Shown: positions 48,801 to 55,500 of the stretch, one piece after another
Position numbering within the stretch: position 1 is the first letter of the stretch
Layout: the number at the start of each line of letters is the position of its first letter
Virus record (IMG/VR): IMGVR_UViG_3300022074_000004
Reading direction: 5' to 3' (one strand)
Length of the DNA: 64,000 bases
From: a virus
Position numbers and translations under genes: made by a program
The notes under the pieces: generated by a model
Database searches by the model: none
The model's input: only the letters and a program-made list of their open reading frames with translations
What the model was told of the DNA's origin: nothing

Positions 48801-49105
48801 AGTTTAAGTGGATCCCTGATAAAATTGATATCTCCGTAACTGGAGCAACTGGAAAGAAAATCACTAAGATTGGATTCTGGGGTTCTAATTTCGCCGACAA
48901 TGTCAGGTTATGGGCGATTGAAATGGATGGTGGAATTGTTGGTAATGTATCTGGCGCTGCTCCAGATTCTTCATACGGTCCAGCACTCATTCAAGAGAAA
49001 GTATTGAGGTTGGATATTATGGAGACCACTAGAGGCGTTAGATATATTAAGATGCCAGTGATCAGTGCTCAATCCATTGAAAAGGTTATGAAGCACAAAT
49101 TGTAA
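30809..49105 (+). CDS. giant multidomain virion adhesin (6098 aa): about 20 GYYPLY repeats, FG-GAP-like propellers, CBM/galactose-binding-like, cupredoxin-like, BNR and LamG-like domains
   Basis: Uninterrupted ORF; FG..A.G...I.VGAP repeats; Asp-boxes (S.D.G.TW) x5; LamG-like FTVEFW...WNHVALVR...LYVNG...FDGKISNVRI; CHNHSGMG. Confidence 0.88.
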   Translation: MSLQGITGLGGGVSKSTIQGGGTEEIGPIAVNGYYPLYVTEDGAAAAGNGTFEEKTINGETYYSPQDGLFKWEGDYTLESDTPTEINGFYPVYKSYLKAYDISTTDAPYVTEESGDGGSSGPTYATYTANAAVTTNDPSRTEGVPSNAFDGDLETSIRFRGKAGDSATNRLSFTPIKAKYSIKFYAILYHHYNFMLNVDTNSPLSSVGGRSTGHQFQWVDVSPWLSFPVTLSSAGNLVDNSGMPIDIAAIEIDGVVVTDGIQIDDDGFIVPPAPPAGAEWAPSDEFVATIESDGDRYYFPRKFLGQSWDGDFGSQHVESLRASEQAIYSSDRHFGWEGIAIGENNSGTIYAIGAPTALDRDGNEVGVDMETADTTNYSTYGSHPNPYRTANDLTGVEYDDMLPRDYSGTVHLYDENQNLLHSFVDPDRDAARTVAHGEAVNFGAAVAIGEGIIAISSTKQDRSKIKDASLYSIPITTDTEDKAFGVVHVFDSNTYQHLYSLVDKFTEGDNQSYVDEAAQKNYTSPHTDFHAGSYGSGIAIGNGRLIIGDCNAQVHPNANYDWNPSNQGDLGHRGINRGAIHIYDLTKSTPAEIQDSEVTIVRPAHTEYQPTFGVDRSMKVIDGKLIVGDYAYGSMYWSYSNYQPTSYRTGGIYEGDSKIFFYDLTTGELIRTIRPYDIEEEYLQEGYVNWTISWPTSYYPYIRAGKEIISCGEYIGIYADQAFDRGANVGSNSGGVGPWMSRRRMGAVYLYDTEGNYVRTIRRQWRFSNNDSAYEDEYATNPSGFAEYDYTDIDHGETIYKNAQGGAMDQAFASTSVACFGNTLYFGCPYFPAMKQGHNYNASTKSSWSVWSVGAVEMYDLDTSLETGVLYANVPEQKTQYGMTVTVGNGKLLVTTRDPSEQRYSANSTGFLNISSLGASVFAYDIDNDATSETGPFAVNGYYPLYNTKKYASAASTTNKCAEITLGGVVYYRPHSDGINVAPALASGQGWLGRNASPTGWTFNGDGTATSGGTWELQTPRTSNVGILDPNTEYTITLVVDSIASGQFMSAAFSRTHSQTNNIIWNEIGSKNIFSPGTYTATATPGGNLDGFVLASYHYASALNATISKLEIVGPPPASPSAWDGDYTESSETGPFAITSNVTYQPNVQVIGSLTGTLQGTELFDGGNNYFNAQDGNYEVHDGAGISFTPLTITSKLELGSVLGGDEIQLVLNAGLPSEVLIPGDVTPRQMLDLDLTQYITLPYVLESISWKTSYGQQWQGGGVLIASITIDDVVVDQNYSFQKNFYPLYLTERAAYRASVAVDEAVSTIYEVKVRYDADLGANKFTFNPDNIVDNDESLDLNKKYDLQLVRGKRYRFDQQDGQGDNNQNSNNNHPLRFAFSEDGHDHVPFATYDTYRDSVLGSDTETPYGAQLAELYIPFDCPDVIYSKCHNHSGMGHAITIVDPEVISADKKVLNDVVYFAPKNIKYYDDFVDVPTSEVGPTAVNGHYPLYTTYAGALAASLNDAKPVLFNTPDTDDINYYVPGGIGASRLYGTFGFKDLDSLGEKTSYTSETAVQREGNSDQHVFGYGNYNGTSSDNVYYNGEDRSWVYPTRKRFNSAVNSKYIVCADRQLYNYTVDAYDAYGQSGGQILFYDKQTHEYLGHFHPYQNFRDYFGTIGGSSTYKREIAFGMGLAMNEKWLAVGGPGMLAVDLSAGYGSANNTMSGSYHRVGAVVVYDITKPTIDEIYNSAILIVPDEENGFWADQYGGRPIRFGFSVDLDGDRLIVGSPQSSSQNYDSTATGSGNNRLEYYGRSHLYTLDPVSNTATFDKHLDVPFYSNRHNVEITVHDNSGELAWMRGRGYEPNFTKNQAYGTEVAFGDNYIAVSGIASDYQTAYRYDNSKVAIFDKQGNYLHTLTPRQMISQGTEFGCKMIWHGDILFIGAPRDNTFHEINYDEILNGRGAIYIYDYGRSPNPMGDEIILRPGRKSHRPYIAYNYNSSDNDLFGESFAVNDGYLYVTQSFTYERFVYVFKLSDILGHKGRLFAENFATIPVKERGATGINSDFINSSYERAPIVCADNESLSVITYHSQIRLNIWNIGISAEDQILNLSGYYPLYEFKHLAAAESSDGSTTAVDIDGSTYYQPANANYTVFSGGYTLGAASPVAVDGHYPLFESKLDAEFHDPAGESVEFVSSTGFLYYKMSAPTVTTWEGDYDPATSETGPLDIGWNYPLYLTANGAIAASGDNSATTLDVEGTTYYYPGGVFGSNDGSYLVNENNFTQSKLGHLTQYSHNLDGTLVDDPENIYYQFGRTIAATDTYIAVAAPMSQKKIHADDGYNSAPRGTIRVYKYNPDGEDTFITKIVSDAVNTANYYWSYTGQEGMYVSEDGYLYISTYLGNSFTWNGVNYPAGDAIIEFDLNSEDPATIQASEHIYQPQNTNVWTEGTDGYRETYAHGYGGSFSNTQLLLGRAASYDGEYTRNIVVKGNRLFVGAPQSNSYYGTVYIWDRTTKNEIQPIAHAPQDPGGQYGTQRYFGEFLCITDTHLLVHATSNSYSQSGVFAYKLDTLEEDYRLMPNDTISTDFRNEHLLPKGIYWGDYQSMVGRFMQVDNGYLYLATAGQGSNMWMARWKLRDTTENFSGKMPDKVYFFSDLPEVPLDAQNTSSNMRWPKNTVIKNGHMLIGKDSHDSAADWERVWLANLEDDDLSTATILKSPHTFDGTTSFGRYGSLAISNRKTYIGALGAYYKNDDTTTYSGNVYVANLYDVSLMALPVEDSGYYPLYKGEEYATQSGLGTGIPVVYGGKKYYRPNFNAAPALEDGQGWLGKNTDPTDWTFNGDGTATSGGNWYLQTPRTDNVGILDPNKEYTITLVVDSISSGFIKAAFSRDHSFSNQIKWDQLPLHVNISSPGTYTATVTPGSNFDGFVIGSHHYSTALDATISKLEIAEAPSYTTWDGDYTIDQDAPRAVDGHYPVYLTIKEAVLSSPSSEYSVLNGTDGVTYFKPTGTASFDSGVTNENISTHETGPSVIGNSYPMYITHLASNNESAARGGSGLSLRIAVDGVMYYMPIGVNYQTWIAGDFTSSEAIVVNTDGTVDASTGTYPLYTSRFAAENVSWGTGQVQEFEYGGVVYFMPSGTNVTTFTGNTYSEDATFEMPGLNPGTPDVVVPELTHTSMTLLDAAYYEKWSDKQNLYQLEVTHLSDGSLHIKNTSGRSGYIATKVVGSFDGAYLEIGKTYRLKLSASASYATTFFMTRATNAYGHEVYDGGHFDTYAEVAIPADGQSHDFEVDFVADYEYANIRLLQQSAFKEVTIHNIEIIEPGTPADPPIQQPFTKPISVNGYYPLYLTEAHAKLGGNGNIKEIKTLDFTNPTSGNAQTTFFIPNGVRTWEGDYDLATSDIEKLTISGYYPLFYTEAGAEAESPTNSAMTHEVGGLTYFMPHDTFYKTYHGELGLLTTSKQVISTQKQIEFPAEVSDLSGDYPQISVGKDFIAYSQEDQTNEKVFIFSIDGTYQFALDKTELNDSNYSTYTSSGNQYNYWGNAITFGRDESGSATNELYVGEPGNNNSGTQGRVHKFVISSDKQTTYDSVATANNATYTTQQDWNFKMLGSRMTISEKGNYLLLGSYTNYAKHRVLKTSDMTELYSVSNDWSSSYHETLYISEEQDLFLIGMPRRNNYRGQINVYRLSDGTRLGTVMGVNNWRYFGQGSMFVRGNYIINFHNNYMSLCSLETFTVVDTKSYSGEEIYSSSRNTTFYVEDDEANSGNGVFQGTMWMGNYYDYAHFIDPPEASSSGQWGSILKYQWKLDTNTSSSYMYSHTPVWVHDVHNVDRHDALKKINVFSKSQGSNNGSFGNGRSWDLNSAKDTVIAMAKNKDLYQYKYRAVNELPIAKNGYYPLYEIESIANKYSGDGTSTLVNVAVQPEIIDYENDFTSDQNSYGYVSNDWGSSSVRVHDTTEGCLSITDSSSGSSYYLTNLPQDQLYTLEVEVEQTEGAEAQVHTYLLNESGSSGGSHAPRTFYYSGAGRRKFTLEVKTIRNGSSIQFMLKNNNGSGDGTVKLHYIKVSHLDTTQPPVNDYYYYPNNVTYQTWTPKWHEESEKWWVPLAPRYGSQITTYNHPVRMHYAEEHAESGPNAVGGNYPLYDTINGAFDGSKSGYFGAFPNLQSDVAEVEISGVTYFQPTGVSTWSGDYFESGSYDPSPEVIGSFNTRPENLFSNGNFGGWLTAHKQGASFSPITINSSLVINNYTPQGSSGYGLTFNYGLSSEVVIPGPTVRARQDYDVSQYLTFPFVLENIVFTFRDGGKSQTIGNITVDGVLVDDTYGTPASDAAIAAALPQLVNGYYPVYLAEKFAIEESEVYNTGSGSATPYVVNNLLYYMPDNVPYTTWTGDYSDNTPLSIDGYYPLYRSELASNAQSTELGGDGTSVAYTLSDGTMYFMPGLVTSTTWTGDFDAATVDVLPSNINGYFPMYYTSNAAAAAGWGGVSTVNISGVTYFYPTMGPATWFGDFDPATADLVPEDIQGYYPLYKTAAGAGSGYEKLVFETGIRYLKVDGNEYRGSYNRYTWDEMLATEKVFARSTDKDGLRIYGANTIATGGGRILVSSYDRRCEMYDMDGQLLYNIISPIQNPSDFGSGGTNCLISGDMAAIADKSFSYGGQSNCGAVYLFPLYSTPEGYTEEDRPGGGRGTPSGYTHPHKTYGGLPREHVVLKSPEGPINQEQFGLSMAAGHGLLAVGCSPNAASTVVSGQRGRIYFFDLKTGEYKFTIRKGGSDDYSYFGSNAFSIAIGSNMIAVGHQRGGYYYGLVYIYDLEGNYIAKLAQPQTGAQQWSDFGFHLSLTPEYLMVGAKTSTVSTSSQGVVYYFKISDILSGDYKCPNGPSNYWTGRGYEPTHPIAKTDAVDYPDDRIGNASMITTNDKGYSGLRSNDAATWVVGAYGRIFLGAHSHDRYLSHDGVESAGNDYGAVFSVDLEEFDGSTLPSATANSDHTSNWDKIHADRSQQAYSYLGNVFAHDNILFISASYGQNPNSTDRGIVKMYKLAPGAVEGNITEDISVSEVTSNADAQNVSSMGLDQYPQVGALLHSGDSAPIGVSDTLTTLTDPAIEAIGAEWQTISTQFVERIADIENLGNGVLLAGGGDYGQHHTSTTTDRNWNTHSRKLFRSDDNGKTWTISDPARAFEPFFSDESVGTFGSTGNNSYHHERESDTYHSICNLGGGKVLVSVGTNGHHGDQYFIPYILKSDDYGLTWTETHPFANPNHLHEDQSYYNEHYVYPERIFGISCMTHIGGGVVLAGGGVEFMTSGYTGDLRGQLSRSTDYGETWTKVRYLPSTPQLQGNDIFFIEKLSNGNTYIGVNYISHTKLFKSSDDGVTWERLTSWPEPFYMPQNNGNMQVRLITGVTELSNGRVLVSGGSPIGDTTTSFGGIFSFIDAAAFESCDTTATVQVPSSDFIVKDKTNITHNSGTAGAYAPPGLTGGIDFPSGQGSSNDSNGIFVSASHDITTFDGDFTVEFWFNADNFGPDANEYGLNAMVLLDGRPHNGNGAQNLGSIYANASGSGQSNFTLRYHANGSDDISGNISMSCGTWNHVALVRHNGVITLYVNGTADGTHNESQSIVTNPDRPYIGAWGYVEGINTFAFDGKISNVRIGTTAVYTSNFTPPTSNLSVIAGTTFLGLQSTSSANAYQYAQGTTVDGLGFSISIVHDYDGNTEDNSRFDSNLAVVGKEASDVPGLVFAITKTDHYPDSMRSAGVYKSTDYGMNWYHIRGEAEDLTVSMYSVPEYIGGGRVLTGTAVRNSGFANARNALGGQILISDPFLDSANDPASHVSIDSMGGDRSILIDLGADNVAGPGDDVFIQFSAPVSEASGMEGKLGFYDKDGLEIISGPHADGTTEIKIANSVGGTITDYQATLHQPGSYVYNSNTVTASAQAGAVTTGLSDIKHITDGSIQTYWETYGFYGASSAQEWVAFGNPIDATSDTISLYISFTYANYVNNPNSVNVFLEFDDGSQENKLITKDATTGNFDQQEFKWIPDKIDISVTGATGKKITKIGFWGSNFADNVRLWAIEMDGGIVGNVSGAAPDSSYGPALIQEKVLRLDIMETTRGVRYIKMPVISAQSIEKVMKHKL
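33751..39584 (+). repeat. internal duplication of a 395-bp CBM-like domain (33751-34145 and 39190-39584)
   Basis: APAL..GQGWLG...WTFNGDGTATSGG...ATISKLEI occurs twice, with long exact DNA stretches. Confidence 0.92.
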
Positions 49106-49125
49106 ATCTAATTGATTTTTTCTTC

Positions 49126-49156
49126 TCCCCTCTCCTCTCGGAGGGGGGATTTTTTT
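49126..49156 (+). terminator. rho-independent terminator
   Basis: TCCCCTCTCC-TCTC-GGAGGGGGGA followed by T7. Confidence 0.9.
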
Positions 49157-49179
49157 ATGTTTTGTAGCATCAGATTTAT

Positions 49180-49186
49180 CTAAATA
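49180..49186 (+). promoter_or_regulatory. late promoter box CTAAATA
   Basis: Downstream of the terminator, 32 nt before ATG 49219. Confidence 0.65.
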
Positions 49187-49218
49187 TCTAGGTAATGCCT
49201 AGTAAAAAATTAACGAAA

Positions 49219-49521
49219 ATGGCAATTAAAGTAAAGGGTAATCAGATAATTGATAATAGTGAAAATATCAATATTTCTGGTGTTTGCACGGCTATGGAAT
49301 ATCATGGAGATGGTTCCAATTTGACTGGAATCTCCGCTGGTATTGGTCCAAATGATAATGTTAATACAACGGGAATAATTACTGCATCTTCATTTAGAGG
49401 GGACGGATCACAACTAAACGGTGTTGCAGCTAGTATTCCATATCAAATTCATATTTCCCCAAATGATCCTTCCAATGCTCTTGGTAGTGATAATGATCTT
49501 TGGATTAAATACGAAGCCTGA
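49219..49521 (+). CDS. short fibre adaptor (100 aa)
   Basis: MAIKVKGNQIID N-terminus (shared with 7497 and 28399, supporting this start over 49195); two GDGS.L.G repeats; ends GSDNDLWIKYEA. Confidence 0.8.
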   Translation: MAIKVKGNQIIDNSENINISGVCTAMEYHGDGSNLTGISAGIGPNDNVNTTGIITASSFRGDGSQLNGVAASIPYQIHISPNDPSNALGSDNDLWIKYEA

Positions 49522-49566
49522 TCTTCGTAATATATAAACAAATTTCAAACCAGGAGACTAATAAAA

Positions 49567-52500
49567 ATGACAAGTTCATATGAAAATCTACCACCAACTA
49601 GTGACTTGGTAGATGATTCAGATGTTATGTTTATGCTTGGAACCAGCACACAGACTGCGCTTCCAGATGCATATGGCTCTATGGCAATTGAGAGTGTTGG
49701 TAATGTTTCTGTAGAAACCGATAGTCCATTCTCAAGTGCAGGACGTTATATTGGATCTTTAACTAGACCAGAGGATATTCTGTCTTTTGATTCTGGTTTT
49801 GGTAAAATTGTTTTGGGAACAGATGGTTCTGCCCATATATACAATTCTACACTTTCTCATGAGACTAGTGTAAGTCCTTCTGATTCTACTTCAGGATTTG
49901 GTAAGAAGATTGTAATAGCATATGATAGAATATATGTTGGTGCAGACTCTTCTATTTTCATCTACAATTTGGATGGAACTGGAGAACAAAAAATATCAGA
50001 GACTGGAATTGGTGCCAACTTCGTGGTGCAGTCTGATAGAATTCTTGCTCCAGTAGTAGGAGGAAATGTTTCACACATATATCATATTGATGGGTCTAAT
50101 AAAGTCTCAACTTCTGCTTTTACTAATGCAACCAGTGATTATGGTGCATATGGTCTCGGAGTTTGTGAAGCTTCAAATGGGTCGTATAAATTTGCATATG
50201 TTGGGGATCCTGGTTATAACGGTGACAGAGGTGCTGTTTTAGCAATTAATTTAGAGATATATTCAAGTCCGTATTCAACTTTAATCACGGGAGAGGTCAG
50301 TAATCAGCTGGGTATTAATATTCCTGATATTAGAAATTCAGGTTCTAATTGGAATGGACGTATAGGATCCGCTGGTGGCTATCTCCCGCAGGGTAGTAGA
50401 TTTGGTACTGTTATTGCATGTGAGGACTTTGCTGGAGTTTATGGAAACTCTACTGGATTTGTTGCAATTAGTGCTCCTTTTGCAAACTCCATGTACGATT
50501 ATGATCATGGCGATGATTGGGATTATGATACGCAAATGCCTTGGGGGAAAACTGACGCTACTAGACTTTACAAAGGTTGCGTATTTTATTTCAAAACTGA
50601 AGCTGGCTACACCAATACCAATAGAGATAGAATTGGATTTAAAACCCAATCCAATCAAAGCAATTTTGTTATCTCATCGGTTGGTCATGTAAACAAAGTA
50701 AGTCAGATTTCGTCACATGTTGACTATCATAGCTTTGGTGAGTCCATGGCATATAGAGATGGTAAATTGATAGTTGGTGCTCCTTATGATGGAGAAGCTG
50801 GTGCAAGAGCTGGTGCGGTCTTCGTATTTGATACAGAAGCCGAAACCATGGATGTATCCTCACGACCAGCTACTGAAAGTGAAGAATATCATTTAAAGTA
50901 TAACCCAGTTCGTTTCGTAAATAAATTTGTTGGGGACGAATTTGATAATACCACTGAGAATTATGGACTTTCTGTTGCTGTTGGTGGAGAGTTAATGCTA
51001 TCAAAGGGTAGTGATAATAATGTTTATGTTCATTCAACTGAGGGATTCTTTGCAAAAGATTGGTATGGAAATTATGTACCAAGTGATGAGAAGGTAGTAG
51101 AGGCAGATTCTGGTAGATCTGTAGGGGCTGTAAATGACTCTGAAGCTGGAACTGCTGTATCTGCAACCGATACTAAATTGTTCCTGTCTGTTCCAAAACA
51201 TAATGAAACTGGTGGAGTTCATGTTTTTAATTTTTATAAATCTTTAAATGTATCGGAAGTAATCACTATTCCATATGCTGGAAGTGCATATGATCCAATG
51301 GATATAGATAGTGACAATGATTTAGTGGCAACTGTTGATTCGTCTGGTGCAATAACATTAACTGCATTATCAACAGGAGTGGTACAAACAACCATTAATT
51401 CTGGTGTATCTTCTCCCATAGAAATTTCTATAGGTAGTGGCAGAGTTGCACTTACAAATTCTTCTGGATTAGTAAAGGTATATAATACTAATGGATCTTT
51501 TGTAAAAGATCTTTCCGATGGAAATTCAGGTTCTGATGTAAAGATTTCAATAGATGGATATATTGGTACATCTTCTAAAACTGAAGGAACTGCACATATA
51601 TTTGATTTAGATGGAACAAAATCGACTACTTTTACTAGTGTCGGTGGAGATGATATAAAATTAACTGACAGTCATATTTTCATTGCAGATTCATCTGCAA
51701 ATAGTATTCATCAATATAATAAAGATGGTTCATGGGGACTTGTTAGAACAATTACAAATGCTGAGCAAGATTTTGGTAAAAGCGTTGATGCAAATAGCTC
51801 TTATTTAGTTTCTGTAGCTAATAGCATCCTTTTTGTGTATGCACTTTCTGATGGATCACTTGTAAGCTCAACTACAGTGTCGCCATCATCACAAGTATAT
51901 TCCGATAATGGTGTTTCTCAAGCCGAAGCATTAGCCTCTGATTATACCACTAGTACTCCAGTAACATTAACTGCTTCTGCTGGAAAAATAGAAATCGATA
52001 TATTGAGTGCCCCAGTTGGAGAATTTTCCGGACCAACTGGAGCTAATGTTGACCCAGTTGATATCGGTGCAGGGATTAATGGAATTCCTGATATTTCAGC
52101 AGTTGATTCATCTTACAAAGATAGTAATGGAGATTTACTTCACAATACGCATTCCTTCATTGGATTTGATGAATCGGTAAAAATAAATGCTTCAGATAAT
52201 ATAACTCTTGATGCTTCTACCGGATCAATTGTTTATAGCTCATTAGGTGCCGCATACTTTGATCCAAAGATGGAATTTGGCAAGGTATATAAGGTTACTG
52301 TTGATGTGGAAAGAATGGATTCCACTGTTGAGATGAAAACATGTGACGTTACAGGAGTTACACAGGGAGCATCTTCCAAGCTTGCTATTGGTCCTGCTGG
52401 AAAAACAACTGGTTTAATTACTCCACCGAGTGCTGATCAAACATATTTGGCAATTGACAATATATCTGCATTTGATCCAAATAATGTAACTGCCACTGTT

Positions 52501-55500
52501 AATAATGATATCAATACTGCATATTCAATCAGCTTAAGAAATTCATCACACACCCACATTGGAGGTGGATATGTGTGGGAAGTTACAAATATTAATGCAT
52601 GCGAAAGAACGGTAGATGGCTCAGGTAATTGGATTCCTAAACTGTCTGAGATTGTTAAAAAAGATACAAGTGGAAATGTTTTATTAACTATTCCAAACCC
52701 AACATCAGCACAAGCATTATATACTTTTAATAGTTGGAATAATACCACTTTTAAGACTGAATCTGACTATGGTTTAAGTCTTTTCGGTAATAAAATGAAG
52801 TTCTGGTCTGGTGGATTTATCACCGAATGTCTTAATGATGGCTCATATTTTGATGGTGGTTGTTTAATCGCTTATGATTTTGATGGAAATCAGCTGTGGA
52901 AAAAGAGATATGGTAATGGCACTGCATCAAATGTGATAGACTATGGTAGTAATGTATATCGTCATTTGTGTTCGCACAATATTCATGATATTGATGAAGA
53001 AAATGGCATTGCAGTTGTAAGTTATGCCACGAGTGTATCCCAATCATCGGGGTATGTCTCTGTATATTTCGCTTTCGCTGTCATTGATCTTCAAACTGGT
53101 AATCAATTGGGGAATGCGATAAAATCAAATATTCTATGGTATAGATTCTCCTATAGTAATTATGAAAATTTGGTCAAATTTGCTAAGTGTGCAGATGGCC
53201 ATATTTTAATCAGCCATGGAGTTCGAGGCTATAGTGCTGAACCAGGAACTTTTGAAGTATTTGAGTGGAATAGTGCTACAAATAGTGCGACCACAATACG
53301 GAGAGCTGATAATTCATATGCAAGAAGGGATTTGCTGCCATATGTCTCTACTAGTGCTTCTGCTGAGGAGAAAAATAGACAGGATTATATGGATCCTGAA
53401 ATGACAAACCCACATCATATAAAATATCAGTATGAATATGTTCAACATGCATCGCAATTCTATGGCCAATCAAGAGCAGAATGGGCGATAAGCATGGGTG
53501 GTGGAAGAATTGCAGTTCCTGTTAGAAATGCTTACATTTATGATAATGATCACTCTACACAGACCTCTGTTGATAAAGGTCGTAAGATGCTTTTAATGAC
53601 CTATGATCTAGATCCTGCTAATGATGTATATTTTGAGCATGGCGATACCACCTCAGCATATATTAGGGAACCACTTGGATTTGTTACTAAAGATGGTTTC
53701 TTTGTCAATCCTACTAGTGGAACATCGGACTTCCAGCCTACCAAATATAGCGGTGGGGCCAGGATGAATCACCTGAGTTACATTGAAAATACTAGTGGTT
53801 TCCTATACACCGGTAAAGCCAGTAGCAATACCACATATACTGTATACGACACAGAAACCCTGACAGAACGTGATACTTTTGTATTTAATCCCGCAAATAA
53901 TGATACTCAACTTTCTAGCGGAAGTGTTGATGAGTTCGAGCAATTTTTTGCAAATAGATATATTTTGAAGAGTTATGACCCAACCAATGGTACATGTCTG
54001 TTTACTAACTTAAGTAATGTATATGAGGGCAGAAAAGCAAATCAAGCTGAATTTGTGACTGCTCCAGCCAGTGACACTGGTTACTCGGCTATTACGGGTT
54101 CATATGCAGAACCAAACGTATTGGTTACTATCACTTGCCCACCTCCGGATGATATGGCAAGTACTATTAAGTCAGTGTCCGTTCAAGAATTGCCAGTATC
54201 TACTTCAAGTTCTTACGCTATTGATTTTGCAAATAAGGAATTTTCTCTCGAATTTGATGCAAAAGTTGACGGAGGAATTGATTGGGCAAACTTCGACCCA
54301 AGTATACCCCCACCAACATTAACTCTCAACTGGGGTGTTAGACACTATACAAGATCCTGGTATGCAAACTTCTCAACTGGAGTATCTAAACTTTATTGGG
54401 TTGGTGATGATGGGACTAAAGTCCAAATTAGATCCTATCAGACTAGTTCACAATATCAACCTTGGCAATCTTACAGCGAAGATTTAGGGGCTCTTGGTAT
54501 TTCAGGAACTGGATATTTTGCTATTGGTTTTACTCAACCTCGTAACTACAATTGTGACCCTCAATACGATGGATTCCAGTTGGTAAATGCAGATGGGGAC
54601 ATTGTATACGATTATAAACCACAAAACAGAGGAACGTTTGGAGCAGGTTTGGGATTTAGACAAGCTAATTCTAGTACCAGCAGATATTCTCCTGGCGGCG
54701 GTAATAGTGTAGATGACATTCCAACAAGTTGGAAAACTACTAATCTTGCGCAGGGAAGTAGTTCTGGTACATTTAACTATGATGCTTATGGTACTCCCAC
54801 TTATTACAGCGGACCTTCAGGTAGCCTTATTAGTGGGTCTAATGGATATTATATTTATTTTGAACCTGGATATTATCCACGTTATTCTTCTGGTGGTCAA
54901 TATACATTCTGGTTTAGAACTGAAGGAACTGTTAGCTCGACAGATCCAACTGCAACAAGTTATGTTTTCCCACCAGAACCACATTTCCTTATTGGTGATG
55001 ATAGGGAGAATTCTTCTGATCCTGGATGGGCATTATCTCTTGAGTGGAAAGATAATAGTCAAGATGAAGTTGTAATTTCATATGGATCTTCTGATGAGTT
55101 ACGCATTCCTTTAGGTTTCCATATATTTGACGCAAATCCATCTACTCATACATTTAAGCTTTCACGAGATTCTTATGATGGAGATTTAGTACTTTCTGTT
55201 GATGGATCGCCTGTATATACCGAGCCCTCTCGTGCCAGTGGTGAGAATTCTATTGATTTGCATGCAAGTCGCAATCTGTTCCTTGGTGGATATGATGGTG
55301 AACTGTCAAACTTATCAATCGAATTCCCAGATGGACCTAGAGTAAACAGAACAGCTATTGATCTCGCTGATTCTGCATTCTTGGTTAATGCCGATAATGG
55401 ACCATATATTCATAGAACTAATGATACATCATATTATTATGATATAAATGGAAAGATTAGACATACTTTGATCAGTCAAAGTAAAAACCCATCTTCATAT

